Below the pieces are notes generated by a model. That model saw nothing but the letters and a program-made list of their open reading frames with translations, made no database searches and was not told the DNA's origin. This document shows positions 12,280 through 23,464 of a stretch of 64,000 nucleotides of DNA, in pieces (positions within the stretch are counted from its first letter, which is position 1; each line of letters begins with the position of its first letter). Source of the DNA: Mobula hypostoma (lineage: Eukaryota); assembly GCF_963921235.1 (NCBI RefSeq), contig NC_086109.1, forward strand, positions 32,118,001-32,182,000, given 5' to 3'. Both the position numbers and the translations under genes were made by a program.

Positions 12280-12756
12280 TTGTGAAAAGAAGCCAGTTAC
12301 CTTTAGTTCTTGGTAGAAGTACAAGCTATTTTACAAGCTATCCTAGAATCACAAGCTATTTTAATAGCTGAGAATAGGGCCCAGTGACACTCTAGTCTTT
12401 TAAAGAACTGTTTGTTTAATGTAGTTGAGCAAATAACCTTTAAATTAAGTTGTAAATTGGAGTATTCTAGCTTCTCTGTTATTCTGGTAACAAGGACTGA
12501 TCAATGGACATCAGGTAACTCAAATGCAATGGTTCTGGGAAATTCAGTCAGTGCTACTGACCTAAAACCGCAATGATTTTTAAGCATCTTATCCTATTAT
12601 GAAGTGTCAATGCAATGTGAACTTTAGTGAGATTAGATCAATGGTGAAAGCATTAAATAAATTGTTAATTTTTTTTTGCCGGACTGGCAAGTTGGGCTTG
12701 TGATGATTGGCTCATCCAATTGACATCAGATACTGTATGTTCAAATTTGCATGCTT

Positions 12757-13895
12757 TGAATTTGAATTTGAATTTATTTAAATCTTATATCCATCCCACA
12801 ACGCGAACGAGTAAAAATCTTTGTGTTACGACTCCATCGCAATGTACAGACGTGTGAATGTATAAGTCTCATAGCTTGTAGAAAGAAGCTGTCCCATAAC
12901 CTGTTGGTCCTGCTTTAATTCTGCGGTACCATTTGCCAGATGGAAACAGCTGAAAGAGTTTATGGTTGGGGTGACTGGTGTCACCGATGATCTTCCAGGC
13001 CTTCTTTCTGCACCTGCTGCTGTAGATGTCTTCAGTGGAGGAAAGTTCACATCCACAGATACGCTGGGCCGTCCGTACCACTCTCTGCAGTGCCCAGCGA
13101 TCAAGGTTGGTGCAGTTCCCACACCAGGCATTGATGCAGCCAGTCAGGATGCTCTCAATGGTGCCACTGGAGAAGGTGTTGTGGATCTGGGGACTCATGC
13201 CGAACTTCTTCAGTCGCCTGAGGTGGAAGAGACGCTGTTGTGTTTTTTTTGCCACACAGCCGGTGTGTACAGTCCAGGTGAGATTTTTGGTGATGTGTAT
13301 ACCGAGGAACTTGAAACTACTCACCCTCTCAACTGCAGTCCCATTGACGTTGAGCCTGGCTCAATTCCTCCTTTAATCCACAATCAGCATTCTTGTTTGT
13401 TGGACATTGAGGGAGAAGTTGTTATCTTGGCACCACTGTGTCAGCTTGTCAACCTCTCCTCTGTAAGCTGATTCGTCTCCGCTAGAAATAAGGCCAATCA
13501 ATGCCGTGTCATCTGCAAAGTTGATCAGCAGATTGAAGCTGTGTGTGGCAGCACAGTCATGGGTGTAGAGGAGGGGGCTCAGGACACAACCCTGGGGGGC
13601 ATCTGTGTTGAGTGGCAGAGGTGAGGAATCACATCCCTACCCCTTGTCGGCAATCCAGTTGGAAATCTGGGGTCCAGTTACACAAGGCGGGGTGCAGGCC
13701 GAGGTGTCTGAGTTTCCTGTCAAGTCTGGAGGGAATTATGGTGTTGAATGCTGAACTGTAGTCCAGGAACAGCATTCTAACATGTGAATCCTTCTTCTCC
13801 AGGTGAGTGAGGACAGTGTGTAGTGCTGTGGCTATGGCGTCATTGGTAGACCGGTTCTGTCGGTAGGTGAAGTGTAGGGGGTCCAGTGCGGCATA
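12757..13895 (-). mobile_element. Rex1/Babar LINE, 5'-truncated, disrupted RT
   Basis: ORF pieces RMLFLDYSSAFNTIIP (13629-13982) and SFKFLGIHITKNLTW...QRLFHLRRLKKF (12869-13324). (TTCAAA)n tail at the left end. Confidence 0.9.
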
Positions 13896-14162
13896 AAGAT
13901 GTAAGTGAATGTGAGTTGGTAAGGGCATGCAAAGGGATTCCAGCAGGTCTGATGACTGGGTAAATGCAAGGCAAATACACATATATGTGGATAAACATGA
14001 GATTGCCTATTTAAATTCTTAGACTGAAGAATCCAGAAGCTGGCATTGTAGCCTCAGAATACGGGATATTTCATTTAGAGCTGAGGTTTAGGACAGATTT
14101 CTTCACCCATAGGAATTACTGCCACAGAAGGCAGTGGAGAACAAGCACTAAATACACACAAG

Positions 14163-14715
14163 CAACACACATCAAAGTTGCTGGTGAACGCAGCAGGCCA
14201 GGCAGCATCTCTAGGAAGAGGCGCAGTCGACGTTTCAGGCCGAGACCCTTCGTCAGGACTAACTGAAGGAAGAGTGAGTAAGGGATTTGAAAGTTGGAGG
14301 GGGAGGGGGAGATCCAAAATGATAGGAGAAGACAGGAGGGGGAGGGATAGAGCCGAGAGCTGGACAGGTGATAGGCAAAAGGGGATACGAGAGGATCATG
14401 GGACAGGAGGTCCGGGAAGAAAGACAAGGGGGGGGGACCCAGAGGATGGGCAAGGGGTATATTCAGAGGGACAGGGGGAGAAAAAGGAGAGTGAGAGAAA
14501 GAATGTGTGTATAAAAATAAGTAACAGATGGGGTACGAGGGGGAGGTGGGGCATTAGCGGAAGTTAGAGAAGTCGATGTTCATGCCATCAGGTTGGAGGC
14601 TACCCAGACGGAATATAAGGTGTTGTTCCTCCAACCTGAGTGTGGCTTCATCGTTACAGTAGAGGAGGCCGTGGATAGACATGTCAGAATGGGAATGGGA
14701 TGTGGAATTAAAATA
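14163..14715 (-). mobile_element. Penelope-like element 3' part (GIY-YIG endonuclease C-terminus plus pLTR)
   Basis: The minus strand encodes HSDMSIHGLLYCNDEATLRLEEQHLIFRLGSLQPDGMNIDFSNFR*, followed by a pyrimidine tract and a hammerhead. 17-bp TSD with 2 mismatches at 14146-14162 and 14716-14732. Confidence 0.88.
14225..14260 (-). ncRNA. Minimal type-I hammerhead ribozyme motif (Penelope-associated), intact core
   Basis: The minus strand reads AGUC-CUGACGA-A-GGGUCUCGGCCU-GAAAC-GUC^GACU. Stem I is AGUC/GACU, followed by the CUGANGA core, a stem II hairpin, GAAA, a palindromic ACGU in place of helix III, and a GUC cleavage triplet. Confidence 0.82.
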
Positions 14716-15859
14716 CACTAAGTACACTCAAGAAGGTGGGGATATTTGTTAATGTAAAAAGGTCCAAAGATCTGTGAAGAAGGCAGGATCATGGTACTGA
14801 AATGAATGCTCAGCCATGATCAACTTGAATGGTAGAGCAGGGCCAAAGGGATGAATAGCCTATTCCTCCTCATATTTACTGGGCTTCCAAGTTTCTGCAT
14901 TTGCTTCATCCCTTGGCTTTAAGGTAACAGATGAATAATGTACTGGGGAGGCAGAAATGCAAACAGAAAATAAGCTTTGGAGATGAAATATTAATATTCA
15001 CATTTGCTGCCTGGCTTGTTAAGTATTTCCAGTATTTTGTATTTCATTTCAAATTTACCATTTTTAGTGTTTTTATGGTTTTCACTGGGTAAGTGGGCTG
15101 GGTAGGAGTGCAATGATGTTGATTAGCAGCAAAATATCAAAGCTGGAGTAAAGGTGTGGTCGAGTGGATCGGTGGTTCCAGAAGTTTGGCTAATGGAATG
15201 ACAAGGACAACCTTTAAACTGAATTAGGTGGGAGGTTTTTGAAGGAGAGATACAGGAGGAAATGGGGTTAAAATTTGTATGTGAATGTTGACACTGAAAA
15301 CTTAAAATATCTGTAAGAATGAATGGTAAAAACTGATTCTTATATGTTGTAACAGCCTAGAAAATGTTCATGGCTTTTTAACATGCTTTAGAACAGAGGC
15401 CAAAATGTTCAAAATGCTTTCTCAGCTTCATAAATACCAATGTTTCCTTTTATGATAGATCTTCTCTGGCAGTGTAACGAGAAAAAGGATTTCAAGTATA
15501 TGTTGGTGTAATGATCAGAATTTTACAGCTTTGATGGTTAAAGCTCCTGACCAAAAGGAAACTGTTTCTACCTCAGTCTTTGGGAGCCAACCTTTTGATC
15601 AGCTATTACCCAAATCAAAAGATGCAATATTCTTTCATTTACAAAATACCAAAGCCAATAACTACTCATTAAACATAAACAAAACTTTTACAATCAGAAG
15701 AATTTTAAGTAAAAGAATTCAGACAATTCTTCCTGTATTTTTAGAAATAATTCATTAGTTAATGTTGTGTTAATAATATCCTTAATATAACCAAGGATGT
15801 CACTGTTACCTGATGTTGTAGTTGATAGACTAATAGAAGAGCAAAGAAAATAAAAAAAC

Positions 15860-16040
15860 ACGTATATGCTGAAAGTCTGACGTACAAACAGAAAATATTG
15901 GTAAGCACTCAGTCAGCATCTGTGGGTAGAGAAACAGTTAACCTTTCATGAAAGATCACCGATCTAAAATTTTAACTGTTGCCTTTTCCACCAATGTTGT
16001 CTAATCTGCTGACTGTCTTTTGCATTTTCTATTTTTATTG
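15860..16040. mobile_element. Old fold-back Penelope-derived insertion
   Basis: Diverged inverted arms (CAGAAAATATTGG...CAGCATCTGTGG...AACAGTTAA / TTAACTGTT...TTCCACC...CATTTTCT) related to the pLTR. Confidence 0.5.
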
Positions 16041-16635
16041 CAATGGAAAATGAAGTATGAATTCTTATGTAGATATTTGTGCAAAAATCTTAGAATTTAC
16101 AGAATGACTACATAATAGGCTCACATTGGCCCAAGGAGGTGGACAACTTCTACTGATTTCATTCATTGTTTAGGTGTAACAGGTCTATATGAAGGAAAAT
16201 AGCTAATGTTGTAAGGTTTTGAATTAAGCTATGCTTACTTTGTCCTTGCTAATCTATTAAAGGGGTGATTTAAAAAGTGACACATTTGTTTTTAGTTGGA
16301 AAGCTTTCATTAAAATTTAAAAGAGCTACAGCTTAGTTATTGAATCCAATAAGACAATGGTCGTTTTTGTTTCAGCGTGATGACACTCAGCATATATCTG
16401 TAAATGGCACAAAATGGCTTCTGTGTCATATCTTGTTGTGTTTATCAATGTGGTGGAAATTCAACGAGTACTTTGCACTGCACATGTAATCTGTCTTCTT
16501 CTATGATGTCTTTTGGCATGCAGGGTTCCTTTTTGAACTTTGTCTAGAACCCGAATCTCATTGTTTCTGGAGCGACTAGTGTGCATGCCTGGAACAGCCA
16601 TTTTCCATTATCAAAACACAGCATGGTGGAGAAAC

Positions 16636-16762
16636 GTAGGGTCTCGACTCAAAATGCTAACTGTTCATTTCTTTCCATAGATGCTGCCTGACTTGCAGAG
16701 TTCCACCAGCATTTTCTGTGTGTTGCTCAAGATGTCCAGCATTTGCGGAGTCTCTTGTGTTA
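16636..16762 (+). mobile_element. Penelope pLTR fragment with 3' tail
   Basis: AGGGTCTCGACTCAAAATG...ATAGATGCTGCCTGAC...CCAGCATTTGCGGAGTCTCTTGTGT. Confidence 0.75.
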
Positions 16763-17101
16763 TTAACTACTCGGACATGGATTTGCTCAAAGTGAACCTC
16801 TGTCCCTCCACTCAAGCACCTGATCACCAACACCAAATCATCAACTCCAACTCCCTTTCTTAGTTTCCAGTTATGAGAACCCAGCACTCTATGCCTCGAG
16901 ATGCCACCTATACCATATCCCCCAAGATGCCAATCCTCCTCTCAATTGGTTATCCACCAGGTCATGATCCTAACCCCTGACTATCATGTAAACCCCACCC
17001 CACCAATCTTCAAGGCCCCATCAACTTTCGGCCTCATGTTCACCCCACTCACTTTAGAGAAATGCACATGCATCACATTATTCCAGTTGTACACTGCTGC
17101 C

Positions 17102-17300
17102 TATGCCAGCTGGTGGGGTAGTGGCATCAGCACTAGACTTTGAGGCAAGTGGTCCTGGGTTTGAATCCAGCCAGCTCCTTTTGCAGGCTTTCCATCCATG
17201 CTGGGTTGAGTGTCAAGTTAACAGCTTGGCCTCGTTTATATAAAAAAAAAGCTAAAGATTGCCATCTGATGTGCCACAAGGCGTGGACAGGAATAGCAAC
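17102..17300 (+). mobile_element. Older tRNA-derived SINE related to 9117-9442
   Basis: Degenerate A and B boxes (TGGGGTAGTGG; GGTTTGAATCC). Shares the body GCTTTCCATCC.TGC.GGTTGAGTGTC with 9206-9232. Confidence 0.7.
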
Positions 17301-18539
17301 ACTGCTAACTATGCCAATGTTCCAACAAGTCTATGTGTAATTAGCCACACTCTTTCACATTTTGCATTCAGGTAGGTAAGAAAAGCCTTGCAAGTTAACA
17401 AGCTCTTCTCCAGCAACTTGCAGGAATACATGGTCTTCCTTCTCTTTTGTGTAACCTCACTTTTATGCCTAGAGCGATTTTCAGCTATTAATTTTCTGTT
17501 ACACAGAATATTGATCTTGTGTTCTAATTCATAAGTGACCCATGAATCCATAAGAGTCAACCGCTGGAGGCTGGAACACGGGGGTCTACTTGTTCTGCTG
17601 AAAAAGTCAAAGACAAGCTTAGATTCTGTCAAATTCTAAAAAGGGCTGTTAATTCTCTTTTGGCTTTCCTACTGAATAGCATTTAAAATGTTCTTGGAAG
17701 GCATTATGAACATATTACCCTGTGGCTAACTAAAGAATTTAATGGACCAATGTAGAAGTATGGATGGATGTTTCTTACTACTAAACGGACAATAATCAGT
17801 GCTTTTATACCATATCAATAACATTTTAACAAAACTTAGCAAGATTTGCAAAGAACAACAATATGCATAAGGGAGTGAGTATCACGTCGATAAAATGTAG
17901 CTCAATTTTAACAAGCTGACAAAAATTTTTTACAATTTACGTGCAGTTACATACAAAATATGAGCATATTTTAGAATAATAAATAATCATAATAAAACTT
18001 ACGATTCTGAAGGGTTTCACATGGGACATGCTGAGAGACAATTTATCTGAAGGGAGAGATCTCATCATTTCAAAACTAAGGACCATCCATGTAAGGTGGA
18101 GGAGGAACAAGCTGAAAGATCACATAGAGTTGATGTTTGAAATTACGGGCAATTTATTTAAAAATTGCTGTGCACCAGGAGACCAGACAAAGCTGATCTA
18201 CTTGAGCAGGATTTTGGTACAGCTTTTATATTCTCAGTTGACGAGATTACCCGTGAAACCGCATTTTGATAACAGAATGGTGGCTACAGAAAGACTTAAT
18301 TAAGTTACAGACTCGGTCCTGATTGCAGAATACAATGGCTATCCACAGGTCTAACAATTTTCTATCACAACAATGGGTGCACACTGTAATATAATTAGTG
18401 AAGATCCTGAAACCTGGGTGTCGTCACTGCTGCACTCCAGGTCTCTACTTTAGTCTGTAGTTCCCTGTAACCACATCAGCACAATCCACGTCCCTATTTA
18501 GTAGTTATTAGCGCTCATTATTCTTTCTCCTATTACAGA

Positions 18540-18845
18540 TAATAGTGGAAAGATGGTCTTCGAAGTTCCACCTCATGGGTGGGGACAGTGACTCACCAGC
18601 TCTCTGCATCCACCATGAAATTTAACCCTATGTCTTCATTAGACACTTACCAGGTTCACTACCTCTCTACGATTTTACTCTCTTTTTGCACTACTTTTTT
18701 AATTTAACTTCTTAATGTATATATACCTCATACTGCAATTTACAATAATGATGTGTTTATTATTATGTATTGCAGTGTACTGCTGCCACATAACAACAAA
18801 TCTCACGACATACGTTGGTGATATTAAACCTGACTCTGATTCGGA
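18540..18845 (+). mobile_element. Rex1/Babar-type 3' UTR fragment
   Basis: TATTGCAGTGTACTGCTGCCACATAACAACAAATCTCACGACATA...AAACCTGACTCTGATTC matches the tail at 34190-34275. Confidence 0.6.
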
Positions 18846-19267
18846 TTTTCTGTCTATATGATGAAATGGACTCTTGTCTTTGCAGTCTACTTCATCATAG
18901 CCTTGCCCCTCAGTGTCTGCTTGTACTGCTCTTTCTCTGTGACGATAACGCCATATTTTGCATTCTATTACCATTTTTCCCTTGTACTACCTCAAAGGAC
19001 TGATGTGATGACATTTTCTGTATGGGCGGCATGGATTTGTTCACTGTACCTCAGTATATGTGATAATAATAAACCAAATTAACAATTTGTTAGCTGTATG
19101 AAACAGTTAATTTATGTTCAAAAGGTTAAATTCAGTAACGAAAGAACAGGAAATGAATTGGAAGTTGCTGGAGAGTTGAGAGGAGTACTGGGTATTGCTT
19201 AGTCTAGAAGGAGACTTAATAATGGTTTAGATACCACTGCCATGAAATCCTTTCTCTCACTTTGCCT

Positions 19268-19482
19268 CACAAACAGGAGGAAATCTGCAGATGCTGGAAA
19301 TTCAAGTAATACACACAAAATGCTAGTGGAAAGCAGCAGGCCAGACAGCATCCATAGGAAGAAGCACAGTCAATGTTTCAGGCTGAGTCCTGACGAAAGG
19401 TCTCGGCTCGAAATGTTGACTATGCTTCTTCCTATGAATGCTGTCTGGCCTGCTGCGTTCCACCAGCATTTTGTGTGTGTTG
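19268..19482. mobile_element. Fold-back Penelope pLTR insertion with a hammerhead motif at the inversion point
   Basis: Inverted arms of about 70 bp. The plus strand reads AGTC-CTGACGA-...-GAAA-TGTT-GACT at 19386-19421. TSD CTCTCACTTT(G/C)CCT at 19254-19267 and 19483-19496. Confidence 0.85.
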
Positions 19483-20239
19483 CTCTCACTTTCCCTATCC
19501 AGTTATCCACTCATCCCCATAAGGTTATCCTTCTTTACTTCCCCTGCACTGTTAAATGAAGTCTGCTTCAAAATCAGAACTCTCCTCAAAGATTTCTTCT
19601 AACCCAGTCTCAGATAACAAAATGGTGTCACCACTGGTAACTTCATCAGTCACAGGTGCTGCTTAGCCTGGTGAGTTCCTCCACTGGGCTGGGCTTTGCT
19701 CCAGACTCCAGCATCTGCACCATCTCATGTCCTGATTAGTCACTTACCAGATTCAAGTCATCAGCAGAACTCTCCCTGCACCACCAAATACTTAGCCCCT
19801 TTCCTGTTTCCTGTTGGTTACCTTACATATTCATAAGTCAATGGCCTTGATAAACATCAGCCATGTTCTTACGCTGCATTCTTTGATCAGTATTAGGTGG
19901 ACATAATTAGGTAGCACTCGAAAGCCAGTGTAGTCTTAACATTGTCTAACAGACTTCACTGTACTAGACTCCCAACACTGTTCTTCGCCATTCCAATATA
20001 TCACGTGGGAAGCTATGCCATTGATTTCATCCAACAAACTTCTCACTCCTATGGTGGTGGGCTAAATGTGTTAGATTGATTGATGTGGACAGTAACTCAC
20101 GATAGGACGTATGTGATTGCGCTGGGGAGAGTGCAGTGGGGATTCAGCAAGAGTTCACTATCGTTCGCCTTAGCCTACAGTTTGTGGCTCGGGGTAGTTG
20201 AGCCTGTTACAGACCTACACTGCCTGGTACCGGCCCAAT

Positions 20240-20340
20240 TCAACACAAAATGCCGGAGGAGCTTGATGGGTCGGGCAGCTTCTTGGAGGAGAAAGAGCAG
20301 TTGACATTTCAGGCCAAGTCCTTTCATCAGGACTAGAAAG
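20240..20340 (-). mobile_element. Penelope pLTR fragment with hammerhead motif (20299-20334)
   Basis: The minus strand reads AGTC-CTGATGA-AAGGACTTGGCCT-GAAA-TGTC-AACT. Confidence 0.75.
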
Positions 20341-20364
20341 TAACTTGTCAGAAGCCAGAATAAG

Positions 20365-20570
20365 AAGGGGAATTTGTGGAATTCATTGTCACAGACGGCT
20401 GTGGAGACTAAGTCTTTGGGTTTATTTAAATTGGAGTTTGGTGGGTTCTTGATTAATAAGGGTGTCAAAGATTATGAGCAGAAGGCAGGTGAATGGAGTT
20501 GAAAGAGAAATTAAATCAGACATGATTGAATAGCAGAGCTGAATAGTCTAATTCTACTCCTATGTCTTAT
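20365..20570 (+). mobile_element. CR1 3' end fragment
   Basis: GAATTTGTGGAATTCATTGTCACAGACGGCTGTGGAG...3' UTR...TCCTATGTCTTAT. Confidence 0.75.
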
Positions 20571-21015
20571 AAGAACATAAGACCATAATATATAGGAGCA
20601 GATATATGAGCCATTTGGCCCATCGAGTTTGCTCTGCCATTTTATCATGGCTGATCCAACTTTCCTCTCAGTCCCAATCTCCTGCCTTCTCCCTATATCC
20701 CTTCATGCCCTGACTAATCAAGAATCTATCAACCTCTACCTTAAATATACATAAAGACTAGGCCTTCACAGCTGACTGTGGCAAAGAATTCCACAGATTC
20801 ACTTCTCTCTGGCTAAAGAAATTCTTCCTCGTCTCCATTCTAAAGGGAAGTCCCTCTATTCTGAGGTTGTGTCCTCTGGTCTTTGACTCTCCGACTATTG
20901 GGAACATCTTCTCCACATCCACTCTATCCAGGTCTTTCACCATTCGATATATTTCAATGAGATCACTCCTCATTCTTCTGAATTCTAGTGAATACAGGCC
21001 CAGGGCCATCAAACG
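20571..21015 (-). mobile_element. CR1 3' end fragment
   Basis: ORF LGLYSLEFRRMRSDLIEIY...TRGHNLRI...FFSQREVNLWNSLP (20758-21012). Confidence 0.9.
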
Positions 21016-21039
21016 CTCTGGTCTAATATCGCCTCAGCG

Positions 21040-21420
21040 GGACATCTTGAGTTATGGATAGAGTTTGGACAGGCTGGACTTGTTTACCCTGGAGCAAAGG
21101 AGGCTGAGAAGTGACCTGATAAGTGGTATTTAGAAATATGAGTCATGGATGGAGTAAATGGTTGGAATTTTTTTTCAGTGGTAGGGGAATGAAAAACAAA
21201 ATGGTGCAAGTTTGATTGGATTTGAAGGGATTCTAAAACCAGAGAGTGGTTGATATCTAGAACCCGCTGCCAGGGGAAATGAGGGAATCGGACACAGTCA
21301 TTATGTTTAAGATACGGACACAAAGCACTGAAGGACATGGACATCATGCATGCAAATAGATGGACAGAAGGTCAGCACAGAGACAGTGGCTGAATTGGAA
21401 ATGGTTTATAATATTGACAT
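21040..21420 (+). mobile_element. Old CR1 3' fragment
   Basis: TTGAGTTATGGATAGAGTTTGGACAGGCTGGACTTGTTTACCCTGGAGCAAAGGAGGCTGAGAAGTGACCTGATA corresponds to the LSY...LDRL.LF.LE.RRLR.DLI motif. Confidence 0.7.
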
Positions 21421-23464
21421 GTGGGAGATTCAGTGAAAACATGCAGTTTGTCTGCAGACCAGACAGGTGTTTCCAAATGTAAGTATATCAAGGAGTGCTG
21501 TGCAGAATGTGATGTTATAGTCAGAGAGAAAGTGCAGAGCAGATAGACAAATAAAGTGTAAGGGCCCCTTTTTGCACTATATAACACTTTTGATTCTAAT
21601 GCTCTAACCAGTTGGTCAATATGAGATAGATACTGCTGTCTGTATGACCCAGTGCACTGCAGTTACATGTCTTTGCACTTGTACATGTGTAATCTCCAGT
21701 GTTCTGTCTAAAATGGCATACATTGCAAGGATAAGGCTAAAACTGAAACGCTCAATAACATTTTAAAGCTTCAAATGCATTCAGGTTTCAAATCTAACCA
21801 TAAATGGACACTTGCCTGTCAATCTTCAGGAGGCTGAATCATAGAACATTTTGACAGCATATTACCACAGGATAAACTTGTTACCCATGAGTCTGATTAA
21901 CAGAAATGCACTGACAATCTTAAAATTTACCTCAGGGTATTTGCAATGAGATAACAAGAATAACAGAAAAAAAACTAGTGTCCTATTGGTTCAGTGAATT
22001 TACCAATCAGAAGCTAACCCATATAAATCATGAAGGTCTTAGGTTCAATGCTTGGGCCATGACATATTTGCTGATCGTTGCCATGGAGATGGTATAAGTG
22101 CAATTATCGCCTTCAGTAACTGCACACGGTTGGAAAGGGGAAGGCAGGCCTTATGCTCGATGGAACCACAGTTTTCTGAGTCTATGCTTCTACGCAGCAC
22201 CCTCAGGTAAGAATAGAACTAGAATCAACTGTGAAGCCCCTGCAATTAAAATTGAAATAGATCATGTCGTAGGCACCAGACAGGAAGCAGAGTAAGGAAG
22301 GGAAAACAAAGCTGTTAATTGCTAATGTATTGAAATGTCACATCAGCTTCAATTTTTATCATATAACCAGCACATCTCAGCTGTAACAATTTGTCAGTAA
22401 CAGCAGAACTGGAGAAGCAAGGACAAGAAAATGAAGGCAAAGATAATGTCCAATTGCATTAAATTATGTTAGTACCAAATGTAGTCAAATGAAGTCAATA
22501 AAACTTGAGCAGCAAATCAGACGTGAAGATCAATAAAACAAGAAGGAAAACACACATCAATCAAATGTATTAAATGAGTGTGTTTTTTTTTAGGTTTGCG
22601 GTGATATCAATAGTAACAGATATTGATAAACGCATGCCCAGACTGCACAGTTTCCCAGTTTGCATCAGTAAGTAGCTCTGGAATAACTTCTCAGACCTCT
22701 CCAAGTCCTCAGAATTAAAACTAGCACTTTGAGAAAATATAGTAGTTGGAAGAATTAAGCACATGACACACCTGATAACCACTGGCAATACCTGTGATGG
22801 ATGGATGCACACTTGAAGGACCTGTGATGGCTCCTCTCTGATCCAACCTCTGGAAGCACTCACGTGAGCCAATTGAAGTATATTCTGGAGTGGGAATGCC
22901 AAAGTATGGATGCTGATACATTTCCTCTAGTACTTGTTTGTTTCCATCATTTGTTATCCTGCTCTTCCTCTTTCCCCTTTTGGTCTCTCTTGCTTAATAG
23001 AAATGGGAGCTTTGCAGCGAAGGTTAGAAAAATAGATATCCATAAATATTGAAACTGAAGCTCAATTCAGATGCAAGGCGTGCACAAATATTTTTTAAAT
23101 TACTTACTAATTCCTTTGAATTTCCATCTTTTTGACACATTAGCGCTCTGCAGAAATAATAACAAAATGCTGGAGGTATTCAACAGAAAAGGAACACCTT
23201 TGGAGAGGGAAACAAAATTAAAGATTCTAGTCAATGACCTCTCATCAGCATTGCTGTGAGCCTTTATTCATCATTTCTCTTCATCCCTGACAGGAAACGA
23301 GATCTTCAATACCACCACATCAGCATTGCCTTGTTTAAATGCCTTACTGTAGTACTCTGAGTTATGAATATGTCTGATATCCTTGCTCACTGGGTAAAGT
23401 CAAGTAATACTCATCAGTTAATCCCACTTGATCATTACCTTTATATTCAAGCTGTCATTCAAAT

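Larger units (their letters stand above)
13925..14880 (+). mobile_element. Old CR1 3' fragment, interrupted by the Penelope insertion at 14163-14715
   Basis: TTTCTTCACCC...CTGCCACAGAAGGCAGTGGAG lies before the insertion, and the CR1 3' UTR (CAGCCATGATC...GAATGGTAGAGCAGG) lies after it. Confidence 0.65.
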
